Shown piece after piece: positions 9,904 through 19,508 of a stretch of DNA of 46,381 nt (position 1 is its first letter; every line of letters begins with the position of its first letter). The notes beneath the pieces are model-generated. The model saw only the letters and a list, made by a program, of their open reading frames with translations. It did not search any database and was not told where the DNA came from. The translations under genes and the position numbers were made by a program. The stretch spans positions 1 through 46,381 of the forward strand of contig JAFUTJ010000008.1 of NCBI GenBank assembly GCA_017471445.1, in the 5' to 3' direction. This stretch comes from Alphaproteobacteria bacterium. GTDB lineage: Bacteria; Pseudomonadota; Alphaproteobacteria; Rs-D84.

Positions 9904-10662
9904 ATGTCATTAAGCACAGTAAATATATATCCGATATTTGACCAATCAATCGGCCAAACATGGGAACGTTTTGCCGAAATAACATGGTCATGCATGCGCC
10001 AATCGTATCCGGGTACCAGTTATGATAAACATGAAATCAACATGGACATAGATTTGATGAAAGATTCTTGGAACACCCAAGTTGGTAATTTTGCATTTGG
10101 CGCATATAACGCAAACAACGAAATAATCGGATTCACCAATGGCTATGTTGACGGTGCCACGGCATCAATTGAACGTCTGTATGTATTGCCCCAGTACCAG
10201 CGCAAGAATATTGGCACCCGCCTGTTACGTGCCGCAGAACATGCCGCAACAATTTCGGCAAAACGCGTTGAATTAATACCACTGTCTAAGTCGCATGATT
10301 TTTATTCAGAACATTCGGGTTACGCCCGTATGGAAAATGGCTTCTATGGACGCAATATACAACCCGCAAAGTGCGAAACATTACCGGTATTTCATGCAAA
10401 TGATAAAAATGTCCGTAATATCGCATCGTTTATTGAAAAACATCCATCACGCGGTACACCAAAATACACCAAAAAGGATATTCGTACAATCATACAATTA
10501 CACGTTCCTGTATTTATATGGGTTGATATTTCATCACAAATTAACGGCGTTGCAATTCAGAACCCGGCAAAAAAGGCACCAAAAGACACAGAAATATATT
10601 CGCAATACACATTTTTGTTTTGCAATAAATTACTGGAATCTGCGATACGGAACGCACGGTAA
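9904..10662 (+). CDS. GNAT family N-acetyltransferase
   Basis: LYVLPQYQRKNIGTRLL acetyl-CoA motif; AAGGGG RBS. Confidence 0.8.
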   Translation: MSLSTVNIYPIFDQSIGQTWERFAEITWSCMRQSYPGTSYDKHEINMDIDLMKDSWNTQVGNFAFGAYNANNEIIGFTNGYVDGATASIERLYVLPQYQRKNIGTRLLRAAEHAATISAKRVELIPLSKSHDFYSEHSGYARMENGFYGRNIQPAKCETLPVFHANDKNVRNIASFIEKHPSRGTPKYTKKDIRTIIQLHVPVFIWVDISSQINGVAIQNPAKKAPKDTEIYSQYTFLFCNKLLESAIRNAR

Positions 10663-10668
10663 ATCACG

Positions 10669-11454
10669 TTAATTATAACAAAACACCAATACGCGCAGAA
10701 TACCGGACAAATCGGCATCTGCGCGTATAAACGTCCATCCTGCACGGACGAATATATTACGCACATCGTCATACATACCTTCGCCGATTTCAACGTATAT
10801 CTTGCCGTGCACATCAATCCAATTGCGGGCATTTTTTGCAATTGCACAATACGCGGCGCGACCACATTCCCCGGCATATAATGCCATATACGGATCATGA
10901 CGCGCCCCCGCGTTAACACGTGTATCACCCGGTGCAATATATGGTGGATTTGATACAATTATATCAAATTTATGATTCATAATATCGTTTTTTTGGGTTG
11001 TACGCGTAAAGTCACCGGCAACAATACTTATTTTATCATTCATCCCCAGTGTACGAATATTCCGCCGTGCGACACGCCGCGCCATATACGATTTTTCCAT
11101 ACCAACACCGGTCGCCCCAGAAACATTTTTTACAATGGCGGCAATTATACAACCGGTGCCGGTGCCTAAATCCAAAATTCGTGGCAATGTATTCGGCGCA
11201 CAATCGGCAATGACCGACGCAACAATCGTTTCTGTATCCGGCCGCGGATCCAATGTATACATATTGGTATAAAATGGCATGGCATAAAACCATTTTTTAT
11301 GAATAATCTTTGCCACCGGCACCCCGCGACGCAGTGCGCGCGCAATGCGCCAAACCCGCCACCAATACATAGTCCCAAATTCATCAGTTATAATGCGGGC
11401 CGCCCGAATACCGCCTGCGCGTGATAATACAGTGAACGCTTGATTTGTTTTCAT
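10669..11454 (-). CDS. prmC: Release factor glutamine methyltransferase
   Basis: TLDPRPDTE, LDLGTGTGCI, SNPPY. Confidence 0.93.
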   Translation of the reverse strand: MKTNQAFTVLSRAGGIRAARIITDEFGTMYWWRVWRIARALRRGVPVAKIIHKKWFYAMPFYTNMYTLDPRPDTETIVASVIADCAPNTLPRILDLGTGTGCIIAAIVKNVSGATGVGMEKSYMARRVARRNIRTLGMNDKISIVAGDFTRTTQKNDIMNHKFDIIVSNPPYIAPGDTRVNAGARHDPYMALYAGECGRAAYCAIAKNARNWIDVHGKIYVEIGEGMYDDVRNIFVRAGWTFIRADADLSGILRVLVFCYN

Positions 11455-11475
11455 GAACCCATTATAATCAGGCTT

Positions 11476-12726
11476 ATGGAAAATGCAAAAAATATTAATA
11501 AATTAACACGTGTGGTCTTGGGGCTGGCGATAGTACTGTGTATGATTGCGACGGTGGTTGTTATTTCACACTGGGGGAATCGCACAAAACCGGTAACAAC
11601 AACGCCTGAGTGTAAATCTGTTGTTGCGGTTGAAAATGGTGACACACTGTCCAAAATACTGATGGCCCAGGGATTAAAACATGGCGATGTTGAAAAAATT
11701 GCCGCAGAATTAAAGAAAAAGGCCGGAATAACAACACTGCGCGCAAAACGCGACAGGTTTGAGTTTTTACGCAATTCCGACAACGCGCCGGTGAATAAAA
11801 TTGTTATGATACCGTCCCCATGGCGTCAGATAGAATTAACATGTGACGACAATGGCAAATGGCATTGTGATACAGTTGATGTTGAACGTGATATACACGC
11901 GGTCTATCGTTCCGGTAAAATCAAAGACGGGGACAGTTTTTATTTGGCCGGGCAACGTGCTGGCATCCCCGCCGGTGTATTGGCCGATGTTTACGACCTG
12001 TTGGCTTTTGAGATGGATTTTGAGCGCGATGTTCGCGCCGGCCAACATTTTTCTGTTCTGTACGAAGAAAATTATTCTAATGGTGCCAAGGTTGATAATG
12101 GCCACGTTTTGGCGGTTTCGTTTGATGCACTGCGCGGTAATGTAAAAATGTATCGATTCAAGAAATCTGATGGAACCATTGGTTACTATGATGAAAACGG
12201 CAACGGCGCAATAAAATCATTAAAGCGCACACCGATTAACAACGCCAAAGTAACCAGCAGTTTTTCAACCAAACGCCACCATCCTGTGTTGGGATTTACG
12301 CGCGCACACAAGGGGGTTGATTTTCGTGCACCAACGGGCACACCCATTCCGGCCGCCGGTGCGGGACGCGTTATCGCACGCAGTTTTAACCGCGGGCATG
12401 GAAACTTTGTCAGAATTCGCCACAATGGTACATTTGAAACATTGTATGCCCATATGTCAAAATTTGCCAAGGGCGTAAATGTCGGCACCACCGTTCGCCA
12501 AGGGCAAATTATCGGCTATGCCGGGTCAACCGGGTTGGCCACCGGTCCACATTTGCATTACGAAGTTATAAAAAACGGTACACACGTGAACCCGTTAACG
12601 GTTAAATTGCCCGCTATCAGTAATCTGGACAATAACCAAAAGCAGAAATTTATTGAATACCGTAAAATATTAGATTCTGGGATTGAACAATTGGCCAACA
12701 ATCCAAAATGGTTTATTCAATTATAG
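11476..12726 (+). CDS. M23 family peptidoglycan endopeptidase (MepM-like)
   Basis: N-terminal TM, HKGVDF, YAHMS, ATGPHLHYEV. Confidence 0.9.
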   Translation: MENAKNINKLTRVVLGLAIVLCMIATVVVISHWGNRTKPVTTTPECKSVVAVENGDTLSKILMAQGLKHGDVEKIAAELKKKAGITTLRAKRDRFEFLRNSDNAPVNKIVMIPSPWRQIELTCDDNGKWHCDTVDVERDIHAVYRSGKIKDGDSFYLAGQRAGIPAGVLADVYDLLAFEMDFERDVRAGQHFSVLYEENYSNGAKVDNGHVLAVSFDALRGNVKMYRFKKSDGTIGYYDENGNGAIKSLKRTPINNAKVTSSFSTKRHHPVLGFTRAHKGVDFRAPTGTPIPAAGAGRVIARSFNRGHGNFVRIRHNGTFETLYAHMSKFAKGVNVGTTVRQGQIIGYAGSTGLATGPHLHYEVIKNGTHVNPLTVKLPAISNLDNNQKQKFIEYRKILDSGIEQLANNPKWFIQL

Positions 12727-12820
12727 TTTCATAGATTGCAACACGGCCGGGGGCATATTAATCGATGTGTTGCACCACCCTGACCCTGTGTGTATGATAT
12801 TATTTCAATATATGTACAGA

Positions 12821-13393
12821 CTATCGCGTATGCGAATGATACATTTCGTTATAATGCCGCCGACACACAGATTTATAATTATCATCCCCCAGTGCGATTG
12901 CATCACCATTATGTATAACATTCCCATGTGAATCAAATCGCAAATGGTGCGTCGCCAAATTCAAGCACCCAGGCATTTGACAATTTGATTCCATACGGTG
13001 CAATTTCGCCCCAACCGCAACCAATCGCGCCGATGCCGGGAACAGATTCTCGTTACTGTCCACCATCAAGCCATAGCACATTATAATTCGCCCACTATTG
13101 TCGGCAATATCAACCATACGGTCGATATCAGACGGCTGAAAAAACTGAACTTCGTCCACTAAGATAACACGAATGTCCGGCAAAGGTGTGTACGATGACA
13201 AATCTGGCAACGCGACGGCATCAACACTTAACCCAATGCGCGAATTTATTGTTGTTGCACCAAATCGCGTATCGGTAATTGGTTTAATCACATCCGTCGG
13301 GTTGCCATTCTTGCGAAAATTATATGCGGTTATAATCAGCTGCGCGGACTTTGACGCGCCCATTGTTCCGTAATGAAAGTGCAAATTTGCCAT
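12821..13393 (-). CDS. tdk: Thymidine kinase
   Basis: FHYGTMGASKS, SRIG, LVDEVQF, YKSVCRRHY. Confidence 0.93.
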   Translation of the reverse strand: MANLHFHYGTMGASKSAQLIITAYNFRKNGNPTDVIKPITDTRFGATTINSRIGLSVDAVALPDLSSYTPLPDIRVILVDEVQFFQPSDIDRMVDIADNSGRIIMCYGLMVDSNENLFPASARLVAVGAKLHRMESNCQMPGCLNLATHHLRFDSHGNVIHNGDAIALGDDNYKSVCRRHYNEMYHSHTR

Positions 13394-13422
13394 TATATTT
13401 ACCCCTATATTTTAATCGTGGT

Positions 13423-14358
13423 TTAACCCATTTGTTCCAACCGCCGAATACGTTTTTCAACCGGCGGATGCGTTGCAAATAAATCACCAACAAATTCGCG
13501 CGCCCCAGGATATGCAATACAAACCGCCGCCATTGATTTTACCTTGTCCATACTTTCCACACGACAATCTGTGCTGATTTTACGCAGTGCATCCGCCAAC
13601 GCATGCGGATTACGTGTAATTTTTGCCCCGGTTGCATCGGCGGCATATTCACGTTCACGCGAAATCGCCATGCGTAATATTGGCGTAATAATCACATTAA
13701 AAACCATAAACGCCACCCACACCATAAACAGCACCGCCACCATGCCACGATTATCATTTTCATCACGTCGTATACCCATTCCATTCAATACAATACGCAA
13801 TATAATATCTGCCGCAAACACCGTAACCCCAATGCCGGTTATTAACATCATATCTAATCGGATATCGCGATTGCCGATATGTGCCATTTCGTGCGCGATT
13901 ACCCCCTGTAATTCCAATTTATTTAATCGTTTTATTATCCCGCGTGTTAATGCAACCGATGCATCATGGGGGCCGCGCCCGGTGGCAAACGCATTCATTG
14001 ACGCATCATCAATTATATACACACGCGGCGTTGGCAATCCCGCCGCAATCGCAACGTTTTCAACGCTGCGAAACACATCACGATATTCCGGGTCATCATC
14101 GTGTATTTCATGTGCACCCGCCGCATTCAACATCATTGAATCACCAAACGCCCACGATATGCCCATCCATGCAAGACACGCAACGATTGTTGGCACGGCA
14201 ACGTGTACCGCAACATCCGCCGCGCGGTCAATTGGTTCGACAATCCACACGAATAAAAACACCAATGCAATAAATATAATCGGGAACAACGCAACCAAAA
14301 CAGCTGTCTTGATATTATTACTGCGAATATGGTCATACACGGTTTTGACGGGCTTCAT
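13423..14358 (-). CDS. htpX: M48 zinc metalloprotease HtpX
   Basis: NAFATG, HEMAH, SREREYAADA, FATHPP. Confidence 0.93.
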   Translation of the reverse strand: MKPVKTVYDHIRSNNIKTAVLVALFPIIFIALVFLFVWIVEPIDRAADVAVHVAVPTIVACLAWMGISWAFGDSMMLNAAGAHEIHDDDPEYRDVFRSVENVAIAAGLPTPRVYIIDDASMNAFATGRGPHDASVALTRGIIKRLNKLELQGVIAHEMAHIGNRDIRLDMMLITGIGVTVFAADIILRIVLNGMGIRRDENDNRGMVAVLFMVWVAFMVFNVIITPILRMAISREREYAADATGAKITRNPHALADALRKISTDCRVESMDKVKSMAAVCIAYPGAREFVGDLFATHPPVEKRIRRLEQMG

Positions 14359-14401
14359 TGAAATATTCCTTTGTCATACATTTTATGATATAATTATTTG
14401 C

Positions 14402-15370
14402 ATGCCAAAGGCAAGTATCTTTGTTCTGACCACAATTATTACCGCAACGGCATTTGCCGACGGATTTTTAACCGCAAGCAAATTCCCAAAAACATTTGAC
14501 GATTTGTCTTTCGTTGACCAGATGGAGGTACTGCGCGAAGGCTATGCCGAAGAAATTGTATACGACCAATCTGGCAAATGTATTTCCGGATGTCACGCGT
14601 ATAACAGCATATCAATTGAACAAGACATTGAACGCATGGCGGACGCAACCACACGCGCAAACCGAATAATAATGGACGCGATTGCCGAAAATAATTCCAC
14701 AACGCCACCATCCGAAACATCATCTGGGCCCAACACATCCGTCAAAGCACCCCAACCGGAACAACCCACCACACCGCACCAGCCGGGAAACAATACAAAA
14801 TTAAATGGAATACCGTTGGGTTCACCAATACATACGAATAATTTAATCATAACATCTGATTTTGGAATGCGAACATTGGACGGCGGAAAAACATATCGTA
14901 TGCACCCGGCGATTGATATTGGCGTACCAGATGGTACACCCGTGTATACACCGGCATCTGGGACGGTTACACGCGTATGGTGGGACAATTATGGCGGTGG
15001 CAATGTTATTGAAATTGAACATTCGCACGGATTCCGAACAAAATATCTGCATTTAAGTCAACAATTGGTAAAGGCGGGGCAACAAGTCAACCGCGGTGAT
15101 TTGATTGGAAAAAGCGGTCATTCCGGTGGCAACTATGGGCCACATTTGGATTATCGGGTATTATTTAACGACATGTATATTGACATACTGTGTCCATGCT
15201 TTATGTTCCACAAAGATGGCGGCCAACAGCAAAAAATACAACAACGATGCAATTACAACCTGTTACAGTCAAATTATACAATGGACAATTCCAACCGTCG
15301 TACGGAATACAGAATTAAACACAGTTATTGTTTAAGCAAGCCATCTGATAAATTACCGGGGCAAAAATAA
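14402..15370 (+). CDS. Secreted M23 family peptidase with Pro/Thr-rich linker
   Basis: Signal peptide ending ATAFA, HPAIDI, YLHLS, GPHLDY; true start 14402. Confidence 0.85.
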   Translation: MPKASIFVLTTIITATAFADGFLTASKFPKTFDDLSFVDQMEVLREGYAEEIVYDQSGKCISGCHAYNSISIEQDIERMADATTRANRIIMDAIAENNSTTPPSETSSGPNTSVKAPQPEQPTTPHQPGNNTKLNGIPLGSPIHTNNLIITSDFGMRTLDGGKTYRMHPAIDIGVPDGTPVYTPASGTVTRVWWDNYGGGNVIEIEHSHGFRTKYLHLSQQLVKAGQQVNRGDLIGKSGHSGGNYGPHLDYRVLFNDMYIDILCPCFMFHKDGGQQQKIQQRCNYNLLQSNYTMDNSNRRTEYRIKHSYCLSKPSDKLPGQK

Positions 15371-15373
15371 CAC

Positions 15374-15745
15374 CTATCGCATTCGATGGAATCGGACATC
15401 AAAACTGCCGTTATTTATAGGGGTGGCCGAAATTATATACGGCGAAATAACAGATTCGCGCACCCATTCGGGGAATAATTGTCGTAAAACGCCGCTGGCC
15501 CCTGTTATAACTGTGGCACGACGCACCCCCGACTGGCACAATTTCATTATCGCGGACCACGCCATTTCAACCGTATGGTTATGCAAATCCAGTATCGCTT
15601 TATCTGGCACTGTACCCGAATCCTGGGGCGGTATTAATTGCCCCAGTTTTAATTTTGCACGCACATCACGCGACACGGCACGCATATCGGGTACGAACGC
15701 CCCATTTGCCATTTGTTCAATATCAGATTGCGTCAGATGTTTCAT
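15374..15745 (-). CDS. Smr/MutS2 domain protein
   Basis: LDLHNHT, VITGASGVLR, NNGSFDV. Confidence 0.8.
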   Translation of the reverse strand: MKHLTQSDIEQMANGAFVPDMRAVSRDVRAKLKLGQLIPPQDSGTVPDKAILDLHNHTVEMAWSAIMKLCQSGVRRATVITGASGVLRQLFPEWVRESVISPYIISATPINNGSFDVRFHRMR

Positions 15746-15753
15746 GTTATCAA

Positions 15754-15846
15754 TGGTCAGTGTTAGTGGTCAGTGGCCTAGTATTGTTGTGTTTTTAGAG
15801 TGTTTTCGCCCTGCCCCATGTAAAAACACTAGCCACTAACCACTAA
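15754..15846. repeat. Inverted heptamer-repeat arms (TAGTGGT-like) flanking about 45 bp
   Basis: TTAGTGGTCAGTGGCCTAGT (15763-15782) vs ACTAGCCACTAACCACTAA (15828-15846). Confidence 0.6.
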
Positions 15847-15872
15847 AAAACGCGCCATAAGGCGCGATTTTT
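15845..15872 (-). terminator. Intrinsic terminator after rplS
   Basis: CGCGCC/GGCGCG stem with flanking A/T runs. Confidence 0.65.
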
Positions 15873-16263
15873 ATTTGTTTGCATTCTTTTCGGCAGATGT
15901 CGCGGCCAAATCTTCCACAATGCGGGCCTTTTTACCAGACAGACCACGCAAAAAGAACAATTTTGCACGACGAACGCGACCAATACGAACCTTTTCAATC
16001 TTTTCAATTGCCGGGCTGTACAGTGGGAATTTGCGTTCCACGCCAACACCGTATGATTCACGACGAACCGTGAATGATGCATTATTACCCGTGCCGCCAT
16101 CGCGTGCGATAACAACACCTTCGAATATCTGAATACGGAATTTATCGCCATCTTTGATTTTCACGTGCACTTTCAGTGTATCACCCGCCTTGAAATTCGG
16201 AATTTTCTTGTCAGCGGTTAATTTTTCAACCTGTTTTGCTTCTATTTTTTTAATAATGTTCAT
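15871..16263 (-). CDS. rplS: 50S ribosomal protein L19
   Basis: [39 protein letters not shown]. Confidence 0.97.
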   Translation of the reverse strand: MNIIKKIEAKQVEKLTADKKIPNFKAGDTLKVHVKIKDGDKFRIQIFEGVVIARDGGTGNNASFTVRRESYGVGVERKFPLYSPAIEKIEKVRIGRVRRAKLFFLRGLSGKKARIVEDLAATSAEKNANK

Positions 16264-16946
16264 TTTTTGTTTCCTTGTATTAAGTCCGGACGACGTTTCA
16301 TTGTTATTTCGTCCGATTGTTGTTTCCGCCACCGTTCAATGTTGCCGTGGTGGCCAGACAGCAGGACTTCTGGGACATTACGTCCACGCCATACCGACGG
16401 TCGGGTATATAACGGCCATTCCAACCCACCGATTTCGAAACTTTCGTTCGCGGTCGCGTCTGCGCCACCGCCCAGTACATTATCATTCACGCGAACGCAA
16501 CTGTCAATAAAAACTTGTGCGGCAATTTCGCCACCCGACAGTATATAATCGCCGATTGATAATTCCGTTATATCATATTCATCAATGATTCGTTGGTCAA
16601 TTCCTTCGTATCGGCCACACAGTAATGTATAAACCGCATCCGGCGCGGCGGTAAATTCACGCACCATTTTTTGGTTTAATTGTGACCCGCGCGGCGAAAA
16701 GTATATAATTTTGCCCGGATTTTTTACCGAATCAATCGCCGGGCCAACCGCATCGGCGCGCATAACCATGCCAACACCGCCGCCGAATTGTTCATCATCA
16801 ACACTGCCATAACTGTTTATGGCAAAATCGCGAATATTTATCGTGTCATATGACCAAATGCCGCGTTCCAATGCGCGCCCAACGACCCCACCGGCCAATG
16901 TGCCCGGGAACATTTCCGGAAAAATTGTCAGAATATTAAAGTGCAT
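16260..16946 (-). CDS. trmD: tRNA (guanine-N1)-methyltransferase
   Basis: [38 protein letters not shown]. Confidence 0.97.
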   Translation of the reverse strand: MHFNILTIFPEMFPGTLAGGVVGRALERGIWSYDTINIRDFAINSYGSVDDEQFGGGVGMVMRADAVGPAIDSVKNPGKIIYFSPRGSQLNQKMVREFTAAPDAVYTLLCGRYEGIDQRIIDEYDITELSIGDYILSGGEIAAQVFIDSCVRVNDNVLGGGADATANESFEIGGLEWPLYTRPSVWRGRNVPEVLLSGHHGNIERWRKQQSDEITMKRRPDLIQGNKK

Positions 16947-16948
16947 TA

Positions 16949-17182
16949 TTATTTTGTTTTCGATTTACATTCTGCACAAATTGCATACATTTTATCAAAA
17001 GTGTTAATAAATTCATTACGTGCAATTTCATATGAACGATTTGGCACCAGATATGTTTCGTTTACAGATATATGAAATGTGTGCTGTTCGTACTTTATGA
17101 ATTTACGTAATGGACAATTACGTTCGGTCATTTTTGATGGACATTCAACATTTATAATATTGGTATTAACCAGCGTACGCAT
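16949..17182 (-). CDS. Hypothetical protein (77 aa, four Cys) inserted between rimM and trmD
   Basis: GGGG RBS, tight spacing with trmD, C-x7-C and CxxC. Confidence 0.6.
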   Translation of the reverse strand: MRTLVNTNIINVECPSKMTERNCPLRKFIKYEQHTFHISVNETYLVPNRSYEIARNEFINTFDKMYAICAECKSKTK

Positions 17183-17202
17183 ACTTTACCCCCAATTCAT
17201 TT

Positions 17203-17667
17203 TTATTTAACAGATATATTTCTTTTAGACGTATCAACAATCGCACCACGAAACGCGACCATATCACCATTGTCCAGTTCAATTATATCACCCGCACCAA
17301 AATTTTGGAAGCCTGAAACAACACCAATTGAAACCCCATCACGAACAACCGTCATACCGATTAAGTCCGCCTGGTAATATTCACCAACGCCCGCCGGTGG
17401 CAATGCATCGCGCATCACAAACAATTCAGTCCCACGCAATGTTTCGGCCGTATTACGGTCGTCAAAGCCACGAATGTGCGCAATTATTATATTGGTATGT
17501 GGAATTGCACGTATAAAACGAAAATCACCGGCTGCAAAATTTGCACCGATGATGGGCAATGTCTTAAAATCTGACGGGTTTTCCGTATATGTCTGAACAC
17601 GTACGTCACCACGTACACCGTGAAACGCAACGATTTTACCAATCAAGATTTTATTTACGTCTGTCAT
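17203..17667 (-). CDS. rimM: Ribosome maturation factor RimM
   Basis: IGKIVAFHGVRG, EYYQADLIG, NFGAGDIIE; operon context. Confidence 0.95.
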   Translation of the reverse strand: MTDVNKILIGKIVAFHGVRGDVRVQTYTENPSDFKTLPIIGANFAAGDFRFIRAIPHTNIIIAHIRGFDDRNTAETLRGTELFVMRDALPPAGVGEYYQADLIGMTVVRDGVSIGVVSGFQNFGAGDIIELDNGDMVAFRGAIVDTSKRNISVK

Positions 17668-17713
17668 GTTTACACAACTTGCATACGCCCGCGATGACGC
17701 GGGCGTATGATTT

Positions 17714-18148
17714 TTATTCTGCAGATGAATCCGCCGATTCCTGGGCCGGTGCGGCGGCGGCTTCTTTTGCCGCTGCTTCGGCGGCGGCCTTTTCTTCGGC
17801 TATTTTGGCCAATTTTGCTTCTTTATCTTTGATTTTTTGCAATGTCTTTTCAGATTGCAGATGTTTCTTGGTCTGAACCGGGATTGCCCGCTTTTCAACC
17901 AATCCCGCATTGGCCAAGAATTTATAAACACGGTCTGATGGTTTTGCGCCTTTGGCCATCCATGCCTTGATTTCATCAACCTTTAATGTCACGCGTTTTT
18001 CATTATCACGCGCCAACATTGGGTCGTATTTACCAACAACCTCTAACACATTGCCGGAATTACGCGCATTGCGTGAATCTGTTACAACGATGTGATAATA
18101 CGGACGCTTTTTTGCACCATAACGTGCCAAACGAATAACTGTTGCCAT
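17714..18148 (-). CDS. rpsP: 30S ribosomal protein S16
   Basis: [26 protein letters not shown], Ala/Glu-rich tail. Confidence 0.97.
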   Translation of the reverse strand: MATVIRLARYGAKKRPYYHIVVTDSRNARNSGNVLEVVGKYDPMLARDNEKRVTLKVDEIKAWMAKGAKPSDRVYKFLANAGLVEKRAIPVQTKKHLQSEKTLQKIKDKEAKLAKIAEEKAAAEAAAKEAAAAPAQESADSSAE

Positions 18149-18181
18149 TGTTTTTACTCCTTGATTTAATTTGTTATGTTG

Positions 18182-18361
18182 TTAATGTTCTTTGCCAAAG
18201 TACGGTGTCAAACAAAAGAAACGCAACGCATATTCATGTTGACGTTTTGCGACATCTTTGGACACACCTGTCTTTTTATATTCCGCCGATTGCAAACGAC
18301 GCAAATCACGCGTAGATTGCAATATTTCTTGATACGATAGGCCTAATAAATTATCTTCCAT
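18182..18361 (-). CDS. Small hypothetical protein (59 aa, MEDNLLGLSYQE...)
   Basis: AAAAAGGA RBS before ATG 18361. Confidence 0.55.
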   Translation of the reverse strand: MEDNLLGLSYQEILQSTRDLRRLQSAEYKKTGVSKDVAKRQHEYALRFFCLTPYFGKEH

Positions 18362-18519
18362 GTCATATTCCTTTTTGCACAAATACCAAAGTGCCACGTC
18401 AAGGACGAAAACTCGCCGGATGACGTACCAATGCGAACCTGCATCTGGTGTAATATAAATGGCAATCATTGGATTTGCATGGGCATTATTATACACAAAA
18501 CCACAAAAGTCAAGCGGTT

Positions 18520-18784
18520 GAATTAATATCTGATATGTAAATTCGTCGCGTATTTGTTTACGCCATGCCAATAATTCGGCGGACTTATCACGATTATCGT
18601 GGTTTATCGCAATATTCCCGGCGATACCGCCAACCACGCCGGCGGCAGCGACAATTGCGCCGGTTTTTAATTTTGATGCAGATGCCGCCTTTTGTTCGGC
18701 CCAACGGTTGGCATTGTCGCCATCTGGGTTCAACAATGCGCGTGAAATAGATGCATACGCACCAGAACGTGGCCAGGTATGCAC
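18520..18784 (-). pseudogene. Possible fragment of a membrane/secreted protein gene
   Basis: Protein-like Gly-zipper segment TGAIVAAAGVVGGIAGNIAINHD without a convincing start. Confidence 0.35.
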
Positions 18785-18940
18785 GCATTTATATACGCAA
18801 ACGCACCAAATATTGCACCGACAAAAAATGGGCTAAATAATTGCAATTAAAATCCCACCTTATAGCGCATGTTGCCAAACCCACATAATTAAATTTTTAT
18901 GGACATTTGATATAACGTATTATAGAATGTGCTGGCTATC

Positions 18941-19014
18941 GCGGGCGTGGTATAATGGCAGCACGAAAGCTTCCCAAGCTTTAGACGAGGGTTCGATTCC
19001 CTTCGCCCGCACCA
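18941..19014 (+). tRNA. tRNA-Gly(CCC)
   Basis: GCGGGCG...CGCCCGC-ACCA, AAAGC-TTCCCAA-GCTTT anticodon arm, GGTTCGATTCC. Confidence 0.97.
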
Positions 19015-19223
19015 AAAAAATAAAGCCGTCCCTTGTGGTCGGGTTTATTTTTTGGATTGTGACGACAAAATCGAACCCGGTAAAGTGGGTTCGGATTGCG
19101 GCGCAACACTGTTGCGCACAGTGAAAGGGCCTGCCTGGCACGCCCCGTGTTTGGGGTCAAATCACAGACCGCATTGGCTGTCGGGCCATGGATCAAACAG
19201 GGTAAAAAATTATATAAAAAACA

Positions 19224-19508
19224 TTATCTTGTTTTTTGGTGTGCGCGTAATAATTCAATTTTTGCGACTAAATCTTCTAACTCTTGCACTTTACGTATAA
19301 TTGTGCGATATAATTTCTTGTTCGGGGTATTACGCTTAATCACACGTTGTGTATTACGAATTAATTCCAAAACGGCCGTTTGATGCAGATACATTGCCCG
19401 ACGTTCCAACGCATCAAGTCGCGCACCCAAACCATCCCAACTGTTGTCTAATTCACTGGTCAGTGCATTATTTAGAAAACGCTTTTTGGTTTCCCGTTTG
19501 TCGTTCAT
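19224..19508 (-). CDS. Hypothetical coiled-coil protein
   Basis: 94 aa, AAAGGGG RBS, overlaps end of LysM gene. Confidence 0.65.
   Translation of the reverse strand: MNDKRETKKRFLNNALTSELDNSWDGLGARLDALERRAMYLHQTAVLELIRNTQRVIKRNTPNKKLYRTIIRKVQELEDLVAKIELLRAHQKTR

Noticed and set aside
13544-14401. N-terminal half of the 608-aa ORF
   Set aside because: Antisense shadow of htpX; the real M23 gene starts at 14402.
18182-18784. Single 200-aa gene
   Set aside because: Appears to be chance read-through joining a gene fragment, promoter-like spacer and a separate 59-aa ORF with its own RBS.
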